A DNA stretch of 64,000 nt from the human T2T-CHM13v2.0 reference genome, Homo sapiens. The position numbers were made by a program, and so were the translations under genes. The stretch lies in assembly GCF_009914755.1 (NCBI RefSeq), contig NC_060927.1; one strand, 5' to 3'. The notes beneath the pieces were generated by a model. It saw only the letters and a list, made by a program, of their open reading frames with translations. It was not told the DNA's origin and ran no database searches. Shown in pieces: positions 23,360 through 37,496 of this stretch (positions within the stretch are counted from its first letter, which is position 1; each line of letters begins with the position of its first letter).

Positions 23360-26300
23360 AACAACAGTTACAGCACATCAAAATTTGTCATGTGCAGGCA
23401 AAGCTGTACTTCTAAAGAAAGACCTAAAATCAATTACCTAAAACTTTCAACTTAAGACACTAGAATAGGAAGAGCAAGGTAAACCCAAAGTAAGTAGAAA
23501 GATAGGGATAATAGAGCTCTGAGCAGAAATCAATGAAATAAAATGCAGGCAAAAAGTATAGAAAATTAGTTTAGAATAAAACTAGTTTAGAATAAAAAGT
23601 ATAGAAAATTAGTATAGGAAACTAATTTTCTAGCTCTGGCTATTGGAAAGTTCAACAAAATTGATAAACTCTAGCTAAATAGACTAAGCAAAAAAGAGAA
23701 AGAACACATATCACTAATACTAGGAAAAAAAGTGTTTATCACCACCAATCCTACATACATTAAAAGAATAATTAGAAACTACTATGGATAACTTTAGGCT
23801 AAAAACTTTGACAGTTTAGGTGAAATGGAGGGTTCTTTTTTTTTTTTTTTTTGGAAAAATACAGTTCACCAAAATTGACGTAAGAACAAACTCAAAAACT
23901 AACAGTGCTTTATCTGTTATTTTTTTAAAAAATTAAATTTACCTGTCAAAGAAAACTCCGGGAGATGATGTGGGAGGCAGAATAATGGCTTTCCAAAGAT
24001 GTCTACATGTTATCCCTGGAATTCGTGACTATGTTATGGTAAAAAGGAATTAACACAGTAGAAGGAGTTAACGTCGCTTGCTCATCGGCTGGCTTTAAAA
24101 TGGCGAGATTATTCAGGATTAGCCAGGTGGGCCCCATGTAATCACAAGCGTCCTTAATGTGAAAGGAAGCAGAAGGGTGAGTGTCAGAGTGAGGGCACCT
24201 GAGAGAGAGGTTCACCTGGCCACTGCTAACTTTGAAAATGGAAGGCGCCATGAGCCCAAGAAGGTAGGCAGCTTCTAGAAGCTGGGAAAGGCAAGAAAAC
24301 AGATTTTCCCTCAGAATCTGAGGAAATTCAGCCCAGCTGATGCCTTGACTTTAACCCAATGAGACCTACTTCAGAGTCTGGGCCTTCAGAACTGTAAGAT
24401 AATAAACTTGTGTTATTTTAAACCACTAAGTTTGTGGTAATTTGTTATAGCAGCAGTAGTAAATAAATAGTTTTTCTGGTTATTCCTATCAAACAGTCAA
24501 GAAAAACATAGCACTAATGTCACATAAGTTTTTAAAAATAGAGAAGGATCAATGTCTAATTCATTTGCTGAATATTTTCAATACCAAAACCTAACGAAGA
24601 CATAGCAAAGGTAAGAAAATTGCAGACCAATATTCCTCATGACTATAGATGTAAAAATCTTTAACAAAATAACAGTGAGTTGAATTTAACAATATATATA
24701 AAGGACAATGTACCATAATTAAGTAAGGCTTATTCCAAGGATGCAAAGTTGGTTTAATATGTGAAAATCAACATAATTTACCATGCTAACAAAATACAAA
24801 AGTAAAAAATATATATATAATTATTTCAATAGATGCAGAAAAAGTATTTGACACAACTAAACAATCATTCATGATGTTAAAAATAGAAGAGAACTTTTTC
24901 AACCCAGGCTTCTGTATCTAAAAACAATGCAAAACAAAACAAAAAAACAAATAACATCATACTTAACTGTAAGAGACTGAATGCTTTACCCCCTAAGATC
25001 AGGAAAATGCCAAGGATGCCCACTGTTACCACATCTATTTAGCATTTTTCTATAGATTCTAGTTATGGTATTATAGCAAGAAAAAAATACAAATACAGAC
25101 TAGAAATGGAGAAAGATGCAAAATCTCCCCTATTTGTAGATGACGTAATTGTTCATCTGGAAAATCTCAGGGAAATTACAAAAGTGATTATTAGAATTAA
25201 TGAATGAATTCAGCAAGGGCATGAATTATAAGATTAATATAAAAAAATCAGTTTATTCCTATACACCAATAGCAACCAAATAGAAAGTGAAATTTAAAAA
25301 ATCCTTTTAGATCAGCACCAAAAATATAGTATATGTAGGAATAACTCTAAAAAAGAGGTTTAAGACCTCTATACTGAAATTATAAAACTTTGCTAAGAGA
25401 AATTGAGACCTAAATAAATGGAAAAATATATTATTTTACTCTTATAGGTTGGAATATTATTAGATGTTAATTCTCTCTACATTCAACACAGTCTCAATCA
25501 AAATTTCAGTAAGCATTTTTATGGAAGTTGACAAGCTAAAATGTATGTAAAAATTCTAAATTCTATATAAATTCTGAAAGTTTATAAAAATGCAGAGTTC
25601 TTGGAAAGCAAATTTTAACAAGAACAACATTGGAGAACTTCAGCTGGTTTCAGTAATCAAGACAGTGTGATATTGGTAAAAAGACAGACATATAGAACAA
25701 AGGAACAGAATAGAGAGCTCAGAAATATACTGCACGTATTTGATCAACTGATTTCTGACAAAGATGCTAAGGCAATTCAATAGGGAAAAGAGAGTGTTTT
25801 CAAAAATGATGTCCAGTTAGCTGTGTGGTAAAAACTAATGAGCATTGATCTTTCCCTCACACCAAACAAAACAATTAACTCAAAATGAATCATAGATCTA
25901 AATGTAAAACTCAAAAGTATAAAATTTCTAGAAGAAAACATAGGAGAATATCTTTGTGATCTTGAGGTTTGCAAAGATATCTTAGATAGAACACAAAAAA
26001 AAACCATAAAAGAAAAAATGATAAATCAGACTTCATCAAAATCAAATGTTCTGCTCTTTGAAAGACATCATTAAGGAAACAAAAGGCATACCACAAACTA
26101 GAAGAAAAGATTCACAACACAAACATCAGACAAAGAACTTGAATCCAGGATAGACAAAGAATTCTTGTGACTCAATAATAAGACAAACCAATGGGCAAAA
26201 TAAATGTGAACAGTCACTTATAAAAGAAGATATCCAAATGGCCAACAAGCACTTGAAAAGATGCTCTACATTATTAGTCATCAGGAAAATGTGAGATAAA

Positions 26301-26912
26301 ACCACAATGAAGTACCACTAGATATCATTAAAAAGTCTACAATTTAAAGACTGGCCACAGCAGGGTTGGAGAGGATGTGGAGGAACTGGAACTGTCATAT
26401 TCTGCTAGTAAGAATAAAACAGTTTGGTAGTTTCTTCAAAAATTAAATATACACCTACCATAGGACCAAGCCATTCTACCCTTAGATATTTACTCAATGA
26501 AAACACAGAGACTTATATATAAATGTTCAAAGCAGCTTTATTTGAAATAACCAAGTAACTGGAAACAACCCGAATGTCTATTCACAGATGAGTGGCTAAA
26601 CAAATGTGGTATATCCACACAATGGAATACTATTCAGCAATGAAAACTAATAAACTGTTGTTGCACACAACAACATGAATGCATGTGAAAATAATTATGT
26701 TAAGTGAAAGTATCCAGATAAAAGAGTGCATAAAGTATGATGCAATGTATATGAAATTAGAGAGAATGCAAAATGATCTGTATTGACATAAAACAGATCA
26801 GTGGTTGCCTAGGAATAAGGGTGGATGGAGGCAAAGATTACAAAGAAGCAGGAGGTAACTTTTGGGGTTGATATAAACTTTGATATTTTAACTGTGGTGA
26901 TTATGTAACAGG
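23360..26912 (+). mobile_element. L1ME-type element (ORF2 plus 3'UTR), split by an MLT1
   Basis: About 3.5 kb of collinear decayed ORF2 (tcaatagatgcagaaaaagtatttgac, gactgaatgctttaccccctaagatcagg) and an L1ME-type 3'UTR (cagatcagtggttgcctagg). Confidence 0.88.
23969..24469 (+). mobile_element. MLT1D-like MaLR solo LTR
   Basis: tgtgggaggcagaataatggc...aggtgggccccatgtaatcacaagcgtcctt...aataaacttgtgttattttaaaccactaagtttgtggtaatttgttatagcagcag. Confidence 0.92.
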
Positions 26913-29879
26913 GGAGACAGTTGGATCTCAGAGAACTGCAGCAGCTTGGAGAGGGTGGCCAGTGCTCCAGAGGCAGGTCTCAACATAGACATGTCTGTCT
27001 CCCAGATCCTAGTCTACAGCCCTTTTCCTACACCACCAGACCTCTGCAAAAAGAGTTCTGCTGAAACCCACAAGTGCTGTAATCCCCAAGACATATAAAC
27101 ATATTGAAAAAAGATCTTTGGGAGGCTTGTTAAACAGAGATCTTGAGTGGTTTCACAAAAGTAACAGAAAAACTAGTTTCTGGATACTAACAGATTGAAT
27201 CCCCGATATCCACTGCAAGGGAACCTTCTAGCAATAATTTCTATTTTTGGAGTTCTCTATCCTCAGCACCATTTTTCGGTTGCTTACTATGACACAAAGG
27301 GAAGTTTAAGAACATTGCCATGCCACTTAGAAAATTGGTGGCAGAATCAGGATTCAAATGCAGGCAGCCTGACCTCAGGGCTTGAGCACTTAACTGGGAT
27401 GCTACTCAGACTCTCTTCCTCTGCCCCAGGCAGGCTCTCCCTTGAGCAGACAGTTACGTTTCCTTGCCACCTGTCCAGATTATACAAATCAGCTTTCCAA
27501 GGTGATAGATGTGTGGAGTCCTATTCTTGGTAATCTATTTATACAAAGACCACAGCAATATAATTGCAGCAAGCAGTCATCTATTTATTTGGCCACAGCG
27601 GTTCAAAGTATAGAGCCAATCTCCTTGGATTGAATTCCCTTAATAGGGACCACTTCTCATCAGTGTAAATTTCAATAAACAATTGTCACTGAGAACCTGT
27701 GAAATACTTCTTTCGGCACCTTGGTGGGAGAGAGCTTCTAAGACCTCAAGGAATTTTAAGTGGGTTGGGGTAACAACAGCCAGCATGGGAGAGCAGCTGA
27801 GCATATCTGTCGAGGCTCAGGCAGAATTCAGGTGATGGGGTCTGTTCTGGAGAGGTAACAGTGGCCACGGGAAAAGAAAGATAGAGTCAGAAAACTTCAG
27901 GCTTGATGAATAAAGACAATCTCATGGCCCATTTTTAGCTTCTTCCTGGGTCCTTTGTTTATGTGGGAGAAGGTTTCTGATCAACCTCTCCAGAGGATTT
28001 TCCAGAAAGCACTACCTTGGACTTCTTCAAACTCCTTGGCCCTGAAGTGCTGGAGAGAAAAGAAATAGCACTGTTTCTGTGCCTTGAGTCTGAAAAAGAA
28101 GCAAATCAAGCAGCTGGGAGATCCAGATTTTGCTCAATAACCACCTACAAAGAACGGAACAAAGAATCCTATAATTGGTTTAAGCCCAAGATAGGAATAT
28201 GATTATTTTAACCAAGGTAACTTTGTGTATTTCTGAATTAAAATAATTATGTTTCTGAATCAATCAAAATGTCCAATATAAGCAACCTCCTTGCTAAAAT
28301 TACCGGAACTTACTGATTTTTTTTTTTAAGAATAAGGAGTATTTCCCTCCCTCAAGTTAAAAGTATCAGAAATCAATTTCCAATTTGTCCCTGAGGAAGT
28401 TTCCAGGTTGGTCCAAACGATTCTCTAGTGCATTAGCATGTTTTGAGGGCCATTCATGTCATCAACAGGTGTGTCAACTTAGGACTAGCCAGCATCTGTA
28501 CTCTCTCCCTATTAGCCCCTTCCTCCTTCTGCCCAAGGAGGGAGCTTAGGAGACAAGATCAAGTGGCAGATGCCGAGAGGGGACTTAGCCATGGGGGCTG
28601 TGCTGACTGATTAAGAGGTTTGGAGGGGTCTCCCTGGTCCACAGAGAAGGGCTGGCCTGAGTTTGGGAAAGATAAGCACACACACAAGAAAACTCTGTGA
28701 GAAAGAATTAACTTCACCAACCAATTATTTGCACAGGGAAAGCAAAAGGCAGAGGCAGATGCAAAGTGACCACCAATATTCTTCCTTTAAAAATGGGAGA
28801 GGTGACTGTTTAACCATTACAGTGCTAAAACTGGGATTAGGGAAAGGACAGTTGAGCAGCCCTGTGGTCCTATGTTAGTCTGGGGGCCTCAGTGTGGACA
28901 TCAATGGCACAGCTGATCCCATGGGAAAACCTGTGGGTGAGAGCAGGTTCCTGTCACTGAGGCTGGACGGGGCAAATGCCATGCAGCAGGGATCATTACC
29001 TGGCTGTGTCTTTCCATGACAAAGGGAATTTTATGAACAGCAGACTGTCAGTGGGTCTTCAGAGTCTTGAGAATAAAGCAAAATCTCCCCAGCCTGGCCC
29101 TCGAGGCCCTCTGTGAATGGACAATTGGGATGATTTTCCACTGACCAATCAAAATGGACAGTGGCCATAGTGCTGAAGAATACTGGACCTCAAGGCCCCC
29201 TGTGGTGCTAAGCATTAATCTTTAGCTCTAGGTTTTGGAAACTTCTCGGGGCAGGAGGTCAGGGGAAGCAATTGTCCCAGGTTGTTGACAGCATGTGGAG
29301 CAGATTTCGGTACTTTAACAATCAGCATGGCCATATTTCATTGCCCAGCTAACAGCATTATCTGCAGCGGCCCCTTAAGATGAATTATCTTGCCAGCAAG
29401 ATTGGTTTCCTCATAGCCCCCTAACTTCTCACACTAGGCTCTCTGGCTTTGCTTCTGACGTTCTCTTGCCTGGAATGTCCTCACCCCATCTTGGATTCTT
29501 GCTTAAAGCGGAGTATGTATCCAGCTCTTGCTCTCTCTTTGCCTGAGCAAAAGCGATACCAAGTGCCTACAACCAGATACGCACACACTGCTTAGAAGTG
29601 TCCTAATTTCAGATAGAAAGCTCCTTGGAGGTGGGAATGGTGCCTGGTACTTACATCTTGCTCCTCCTTGTGGGTTCCCTACAGAATCTTGCACACTGCC
29701 AGGCCCATAGCTAGTCCTTAGTAAGTGCTTTCTGCTAGAAACTGAACTTATGCAAGTGATGTCATTAGAAGGGTGGGAGAAATCAAAGGTGAAGAAGCGA
29801 GAATTCCCATCCTCTCCTTCCCTATACCTACCTTTATGGAGCTCCTTTTAGGCTTACTGCACTTGATCTGTGTGTTACC

Positions 29880-30085
29880 AGTAATATCTGATGAGTATTC
29901 AGCATTTATTAGCTTTTAAGCACTTCATATGTACATGCATTTAACCTTTACAACAAACCTGTGAATTAGATATTATAATTATCCCCATTTCATGAATGAG
30001 GTATCTGAGGCAGAACAAAGCAAGGTGACTTGCCCAAGGTACCCCCAGAATCCATTCACTTAGCCCTTTGTTATACCAGCTCTCT
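29880..30085 (-). mobile_element. MIR
   Basis: tttaacctttacaacaaacctgtgaattagatattataattatccccatttcatgaatgaggtatctgaggc...gtgacttgcccaagg. Confidence 0.85.
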
Positions 30086-30459
30086 CAGATGAGCGAGGCT
30101 CTCTGTGGCATAGCTTGCTTCTTGGGTTTTCTTTACAATGATTTTAGAATCGATCCTCCTGTACCTCCTCCATCCCAATATGATGCTGATTTCTTCTTGG
30201 CAACATTACAGTAGAAGACAAGCCAACACTCACATAAGATCAATTTGTAAACCAATAGAATTTATCTAAATTTGTTTAGGATCAATGGGAGTCCTTTTCT
30301 GCAAGCCCCTGTGGAAAACAGAATCTAGATTGAACCTTTTAGCTGAAACCTCTAGGCCAGTGCCCAAATACTTTGTAACTGTACCGATAGGCCCACACTG
30401 GTTGTGTTGAGAACCCATTAGAAGAAGTAAACCATTTGTTGCAACTGAGCAGTGTTTTG

Positions 30460-30680
30460 ATATTAATTATTATGGACACTTTTTGAACACCTTATATAGA
30501 GCAAATATTGTCCTAAAACATGTATATTCATCCTCTCATTTAATCCTCCCAAGAATCTGATGAGCTAGGTATAATTAGTATTCCATTTTAAAGTGGAAGA
30601 AACAAAGACACAGTGAAGTTTACTAAGTTACAAAAGCTCTCACAGGTAGCTGATAATGGACCCAGGATTCAATTGTTGGC
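30460..30680 (-). mobile_element. MIR
   Basis: ctcatttaatcctcccaagaatctgatgagctagg...ccattttaaagtggaagaaaca. Confidence 0.8.
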
Positions 30681-30989
30681 AGACTTATTTCATGCCCAAG
30701 TACCTAATCAGGATTTATGTTTATCTTATTATTATTTTAAAATTTTCATTGGTACCTGGAGTTATGCTACATACTAGAATATGGTGTGCTAGAAAGCATG
30801 CTCAACCGAGAATCAGGCACCATCCAGAGCCTGAACCAAATCATCAGCTCTTAGGGGTCCCCTCATTCCAAGTCTGTAGGATCTTATGATTCTCTATCTC
30901 AGTTGATAGTATGTTATGTGGTTTCATATATATAGACACAGATATTAATATATACAATACATATCTTTATTCTCTTCTGGACCCCATCC

Positions 30990-31180
30990 CAGACATCTTA
31001 GACTCATATTTGGTATTAAACCTCACACAAAATCTTAGAAATGAGATATTACATATTCATTTTACAAACACGGAAATCAAGATTCAGCAAGGTTGAATAA
31101 CTTGCCCATTGTTACCCACTTAGGGAGAGGCAGCAGAACCCCTACCCTAGTCTTCAAATTCCTGACCCAGTGCTCCATGG
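30990..31180 (-). mobile_element. MIR
   Basis: attcattttacaaacacggaaatcaagattcagcaaggttgaataacttgccc. Confidence 0.75.
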
Positions 31181-31634
31181 GAATCAGGCACCTTCAGATG
31201 GTAGTCAGGAATCACTTGTCAATGGGCATTGTCACAGGCAAATGTCAAGGGGAATATTAAAAACAGAGAGAATACCAATTGTTTGAGATGACTCAGAGAG
31301 AATATTTTCTGCCATCCCATGGCTCATGTTTGCCTCCTTGCATATGCTATAATTCTGTCCTTGTAAAATATCCCTCCTTATGTTCTTTGCCAATCCCATG
31401 CCCACTCATTTTTGAAAAGTTGGTCAAATGCCATTGCCTCTGGGAAATTTGGCTAGCTGAGCCTTCCCCTACCTCCTCCAGGCCAAGTGATTCTCTTTCT
31501 CCTGGGCAACCCTACAGCATTGGGCATTCACCTTTATGGGCCTCTCCTTGGTCTTGTGGCCATTACTTTGGCATCACAAAACAAAGGTTCAAGGCTTAAA
31601 TCCCACTGTGTTATCTCCTTCAACAAAAACAAAA

Positions 31635-31820
31635 TGCTTGAGTTTGATTTCCAGTTCTTGCACTTACTAGTCAAGTAATCTTGGGCAGATTGTTTAACTT
31701 CTTTTTGTCTCCATTTTTAAAATCTGTAAAATGGAGATAATTGGCTTCTTATGAGGACTGAATGAACAGTGCATGCTAAGTGCTTGGTGCATTGCCTGTT
31801 ATGTAGTAGTAATATTAGTA
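31635..31820 (+). mobile_element. MIR
   Basis: cacttactagtcaagtaatcttgggcagattgtttaac...atctgtaaaatggagataat. Confidence 0.85.
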
Positions 31821-31829
31821 AGTTCTCCA

Positions 31830-31990
31830 TAAATTGGAACACTTGTTTCATCATCCTGTTGCTGTCTGTACATCTGCCTTCTCCTCCAACCCACAAACCC
31901 CTCAAGGACAAGGCCCTGTTTTGCTCATCCCTGTCTCTGCAGAGCCTATCAAGGAGCCTCCATCTGGTAGATGCACAATGGATGTCAGTG
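31830..31990 (+). mobile_element. L2 3' end relic
   Basis: aaacccctcaaggacaaggccctgttttgctcatccctgtctctgcagagccta. Confidence 0.55.
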
Positions 31991-34039
31991 AAGTGACAAA
32001 ATTTTATGCCTTTGATGCTTTGATATCTCTTGGATGCCCTGTCTTCCAATGCTCAGCTCCGGAACTGAGGGGCTGCCTACCTTCCCCTCATCCCCCTAAT
32101 CAGGCCTTGTTCTCCTTAGCAGCTCTTTGGCTCCAGCTTACAAGGCACCTACTCCCAAGCTCTCCAGTTCCCTCTGATTCATCACTCCCAGAGCTCCATG
32201 TCCAACATGGCTTTATGTAGCAACAGAAGTGGCAGTTCAGTGGTGTGTGCAAACTTTGCTTTCATTTTGAATCAATGAAACTTTTAAAAATCTTACCTTA
32301 TTCCTCAAAGGCCCATAAGGCCCTTCATGGGGCTCAGGAGAATTGTTCACTGTAAGATTTTAAAATTGCTTTCAAGTTACTTATCATTCATTCAAGCTCA
32401 TGCTATTCTTTAAAATTCTTATTGATTTTTGAAACAGTCCTTTAATTGATATCAAAAAGCAATTACATTTTCCAGGCTGTAAATCTGCTTCACTCCCAAT
32501 ATTAAATTCATCATCTCTGTAAATAATTTTCTCTTATTATGCATACGTATTAACCAAACTATGAATAGCATCATTAGCGTACCCATGGTTGCCTTAACAA
32601 TCAGTGACCCTTGAATTTGATTTAGAAAAATTGATTCCTGCTGAAATTTTCCCCTAAGTGAAATTGCCGTTCCTGCTGAATGTCTGGGCAAATGAAGGCA
32701 TTAGAGAGTCGTTACCTTCCATTTCCTCCTGGACTTCAATATAGCAGTTACAAGCAGATATTTGCACAGGCTCACCTGTTGATGAGCCACCCTAGTAAAA
32801 ATCATTGTAGACATATTTGTTCTTATTTGATGTTCCAGTTTGGGGTCTTAGGAAAAGAGACTTCTCAGAAATGTGCTCCCTTCTAAACACACAGAGGGAC
32901 ACAGTGCCTTCATCTTGAAGTCTGATGTCCAGCTGTGGGAGGCTGTGGGGAGGCTGAGCAGGGTGAGAGAACAGAGGAAGCTTGTGATTCGCAGCAGAAC
33001 AGCCTACAGCCACAGAGCATGGAAACATCGAGGATCATACAACAACATGGAGAAATGCCCATGGTGTAACATCAGGAGAAGAAATCCAGGATGATATCTG
33101 GGGTACATCAAAGGAACATAAAATATGAAGGCATGTGGATAAGGAATAGAAGGAGACAGGAAAATCAAAGCAGTTGATTTAGGATAATTGTATTACATAT
33201 AAATTTATTTATTTTTTCCCCTTGCTTTTCTTTTCTTTATTATTATACTGTTATTTTCTTAATAAAGGTAAAAATGGGGGGAAAGGAGGAAAATCATATT
33301 TAGGTTAGAGTAACCTTGCTGTCAGCCTTGGTTAGAATCATTTACCAACTCTGAGACTCTAAGGAACTGTGGTGTGATAGCAAGTTGTGAATTTTGTGTT
33401 AGACCCAAGGGGGAACCCAGTACTCAATCAAGTGGCTGGGTAGCTGTGAGCAGGCTGGGGAAGCTCCACCGAACATGCATCTCCTGATAAGCCAGTGTGG
33501 TGATGTCTGTAAGGCACCCAGCACACCAGGAGGCATTCAGACCCTCACCTTCCATCTCTATAAAAGAGCAATATTTATTTATATGCCATCTAAACATTGA
33601 ATTATTTAAAATCTATGGGAAATAACCTTTAAAATTATAAAATTATGTACAAATACTATTTTTATTAACTGAAATGAGACTATATTTCAAAGGAGGAAGG
33701 CAAAATGGCTGCCCAAAGGACCAGGAACTACAATGTTTTCTACCCAATGGTTCCTTTTCAGAGATCATGGTGTGTAAAAGTCTGCCAATGCATCTGCACC
33801 TCTCTGGGTCATGATGCCTTTGGGGTATGAGGACTTATTATGACAATGCAACTTCCCCATGGGACAAGAAGGATAATGAATGGTCATTTTTTGAGTGTTT
33901 ACCCTGAAACAAATTTTGACAGGTAGAGTTTTGTTGACTTGAGAACAAGACCTTTCAGCCCTAGGATGGAGACCTAAAGGTATGTGGGCTCCCCAAAGGC
34001 ACAGGAAGAGTATAGCTGAAAAGGGCACTAAGGTAGTGT

Positions 34040-34435
34040 AGGCTGAGGGAGTCCCCCATGGCGTCCTCCACATTAACATACATATAATTGTGGTTTCAAA
34101 GGAGGAAAGAAAATTGGATAGAAGAGAGTATTTTAGGTCATAAAGATGAAGAGTTTTCAAACGTGGTTACAAACATCAAGCTTTAGATGCAAAAAGTTCT
34201 ATGAATCACAGGTAGAATTAACTACAAAGAAAGCCAAGCCTAGGCACATCATAATAAAATTGCAAACATACACACAAATCATAATTTATCAACAAAATTA
34301 GACACATGTACACATCCATTTAGCCAACACCCATAATAAAATAGATGGCATTTCCATCACTCTAGAAAGTTCCTTCATGACCCTTTCTAGTCATTTCTTA
34401 CACAGAGTCAACCACTATTCAATTTCTATTACTGC
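34040..34435. mobile_element. Old L1 fragments (ORF1-like on +, then 3'UTR-like on -)
   Basis: gcctaggcacatcataataaaattgca (+) followed by gcatttccatcactctagaaagttccttcatgaccctttctagtca (-). Confidence 0.6.
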
Positions 34436-35394
34436 AAAGGCAAGTCAGGGGACCAGCTGTAGATACATGGAGGGCTGTTCTCTAGGGGAGGGAGCCTTCC
34501 CCTCTACTACTCTATCTTTTATGGTGTGTGCCTGGCAGTAGCCTCATCTGAATAATGAACAATTTAGATTCAAGCTCTAACTCATCTAAGTTTCAGACTG
34601 TACAGGGAGTTGTTTGAGAGGCCAGTTTCTAGCACCAACTACCCAGTAGGAAGTGAGACTCCAATGGAAGACAAAGCAATGGAAAAGCTGTACGGAAAGC
34701 CTCTATCCCAGACACGTCATTGACAGGAAACAGGAGCTTGCATAGTAGCCCTCTTGAGTAGGGCCCACACTGGCTCCCTTCCTCACATCAAAATCTGATG
34801 GGGAGAATGTGCACCCTTCCCCAATCACTTGACATGCAGCTCACTCTGAAGACGCACTCCCTCCCCTAGACAGTCTTCAGCTCTGCTGCCAGGCTGCAAG
34901 CTCCAGCCAGGTTTTCTGCTCAGCTTCACAGTTCCAATTGCCTTAGCTCCAGAGACACAGGACAGGCTGAGTGGTCCTATAATGCAACCATCTATTAAGT
35001 TAAGAGGAAACATTCCTCTCTTTCTTCCACAGACAGGGGAGAGGACATGCCACTACCCCAGCCATTCTTTACAAAGAAATTCTCTCTTCAGACCTCTTCA
35101 GCCTCAGCCATTCTATAAGCTGGTGGTGGGTGACCAGTTAATGCTATCACCCTGCTTTGGAATATGAAACTACTTGGCACTCATCATATTGATTTTGGAC
35201 CATAGTCAAAACTGAATTATAAAGATCCTCATTATAAGCCTTGATAAAGCTGAATGTTGGTAGAGATCTTCACTTTAATATTCTCTATAACTTTTTGTTT
35301 GTAATGTGTCCTAATACAAATTTTTAAATGATGAGAAGTAGTTAAGAGGTCAAACAAGGCCTTTTTAGAAAGGCAATATTTTATTTAGCAAAGA

Positions 35395-35772
35395 ACCAAA
35401 GGAATGCAAGATGGAAGTTTGTCACAGGCTAAGGCGACAGCAAGGGCAAAGTCCCTGAGTTGGTAATAAGTCCAGCATGTTCTAGAGGACAGGAAGAAGA
35501 TCTGTAGGGCTAGAGTAAAGTGAGTGAAAGGCAGAGTATAGTAGATAAGATCAAAGATAGGCAGGGGACAGATCTTGCAAGTCCTTGCTGGCCATGGCGA
35601 AGAGACTAGATTCTATCATGGATGTGGAAGAAGATTTAAAGGGTTTTGCACAGGAGCATAATATAACACAACACACACTTGTAAAAGATTCCTCTCGCTA
35701 CTATGTGGAGATACCTATCCTGGGGTGACAGTGAGTGCAAGGAGACCATTTGCAGTGTTCTGAGGGAGAAAT
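35395..35772 (-). mobile_element. L2 relic
   Basis: cagcaagggcaaagtccctgag...cagatcttgcaagtccttgctggccatgg. Confidence 0.75.
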
Positions 35773-35776
35773 GGTG

Positions 35777-36162
35777 TGTGGCAGAGACCACCACCTAAAC
35801 CTTCTCCCTTTACTCACAAGGAGACTGCATTTCCCAGCCTCCTTTGCCATTACATATGGACATTGACTTTTTGGGCAATGAAATATACATAGAAGTATTG
35901 CATTTCAGTTCTGGGCCAAGGTGGTTAATAAGCAGCATGTCGTCTCTGCTTTCTCTTTGCCTGTCTGCTGGGAGCAGTGAACTCTGAAGAATTAGGAGAT
36001 GGAAGTGGCCTGGGTCCCTGAAGCCCCCATGGAGAAGGCTTCCTGCCAATTGTGAACACCTGCATACACTCTGATATGAGGGGAAAATAAGCTTCTCTTG
36101 TGTTACACCATTGAAGTCAAGAGGTTTGTTTGTTGCAGCAGCTAGAATTCATGTAACTAGCA
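35777..36162 (+). mobile_element. MLT1J-like LTR
   Basis: tgtggcagagac...gactgcatttcccagcctcctttgc...gcctgggtccctga...gtttgtttgttgcagcagctag. Confidence 0.8.
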
Positions 36163-36199
36163 AAGGATGTTACAGTGAGATTGGTGGGAAGTGATCAAA

Positions 36200-36445
36200 T
36201 TTAGAAAACACAACATTCTGAAAGTAGACACTATGCAAAGACTGTGCCAGTGACTGTGTTAGGCAACACGTACATTTTGGCTCTAATTCTCACAATACCT
36301 CTGAAAATAAAGTTTTATTATTCCAATTCTACAGTTGATGAAATGAGGCTCAGAGACGTTAAATAACTCACATAGGGTCACACAGCTAATAAGTGGCTGA
36401 GTCAGGATTAAAATTCCAGGACTGTCTCTCTGTCATGCTGCTACA
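36200..36445 (-). mobile_element. MIR
   Basis: acagttgatgaaatgaggctcagagacgttaaataactcacatagggtcacacagctaataagtggc. Confidence 0.88.
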
Positions 36446-37496
36446 CTGTCAGGTATGCTGGGGTTAGGGTTACTTATAAGGAGAAAATGAAATAAAGAGA
36501 CTAAAGTCCTCTGAATATGCTAGTTATTATTATCATTATGGAAATAGGAACAAGGCAGTTGGAGAAGAGAACTTCTTGTCTGAGTCACCCCTGGATGATG
36601 TGCATATGTCTCTGATTGGGCCTCTGCTGGGATATAAGCTATGGATCATGACTCTGTCTGGAGCTTCAGAATGTGAGCCCTTCAGGTCAGGGCTTGTTCA
36701 TCTTCATAGCCTTAGAGATGGATGCAGCCCCCAAGAGGCACTTAATATGTGCTCATGAAACAGTGATATTAGGTATGGATAAAAGTTTGTTCAGTGATAA
36801 CATGTCCAATGATGATGAAGTCTGCTGAAGAGATCACACCATCACACAAAGGTGAGGCTTGTTACAGGATTCTGAGCCCTCTGAAACTCAATTCCTAACC
36901 ATTCTTTTAATGTACGCTAGCTGAGGCCTCCCTCAGTAACCACAGGTGCTGCGGGTCCCAGCCATGAGGTCCCCTCCTCATCTTGGGAGACTGTGTCCCA
37001 GAATGGTGGGCAGGAGAATTCATCCTGACAATATTCTTCTTCCTCTCACTGAAGTATTTTCAGGTTTCTTGCCTCCCTGAACTACAATGGGTTCACCCAT
37101 GGGGGTCCTGAATGCTGGTCCGTTTTCTTCTCTTTGTGGTCTCTCACCTTGCAGGCGTCCTTCTTGCCAAAGAGAAGCATGAGTACGTTTGTCCATGCCA
37201 AACTGAATGATAGGTGTGCCAAGAACTCACAAAAGCTGCTGAGATTTATGGCTACCTCTCCTTGTTTACATTTATATTGCATGGACCCTGAAGGTGAGAG
37301 CCTTTCTTCTGAGACATGTGCGTTGCTGGAGCAGAAGACCGAAGAGAAGAAGGGTCTGCAAGAAACACTGAGACAGAAACAGCCACAAAAGTGCCAGGGT
37401 GGGATTGAAACCACTCAGACTAGAAGACAATCACCCAGTCAGACAATGGAGAGTTTGATTTAGCCCCTGGAGTAGTAGCTTATGAGGTCTATAACC

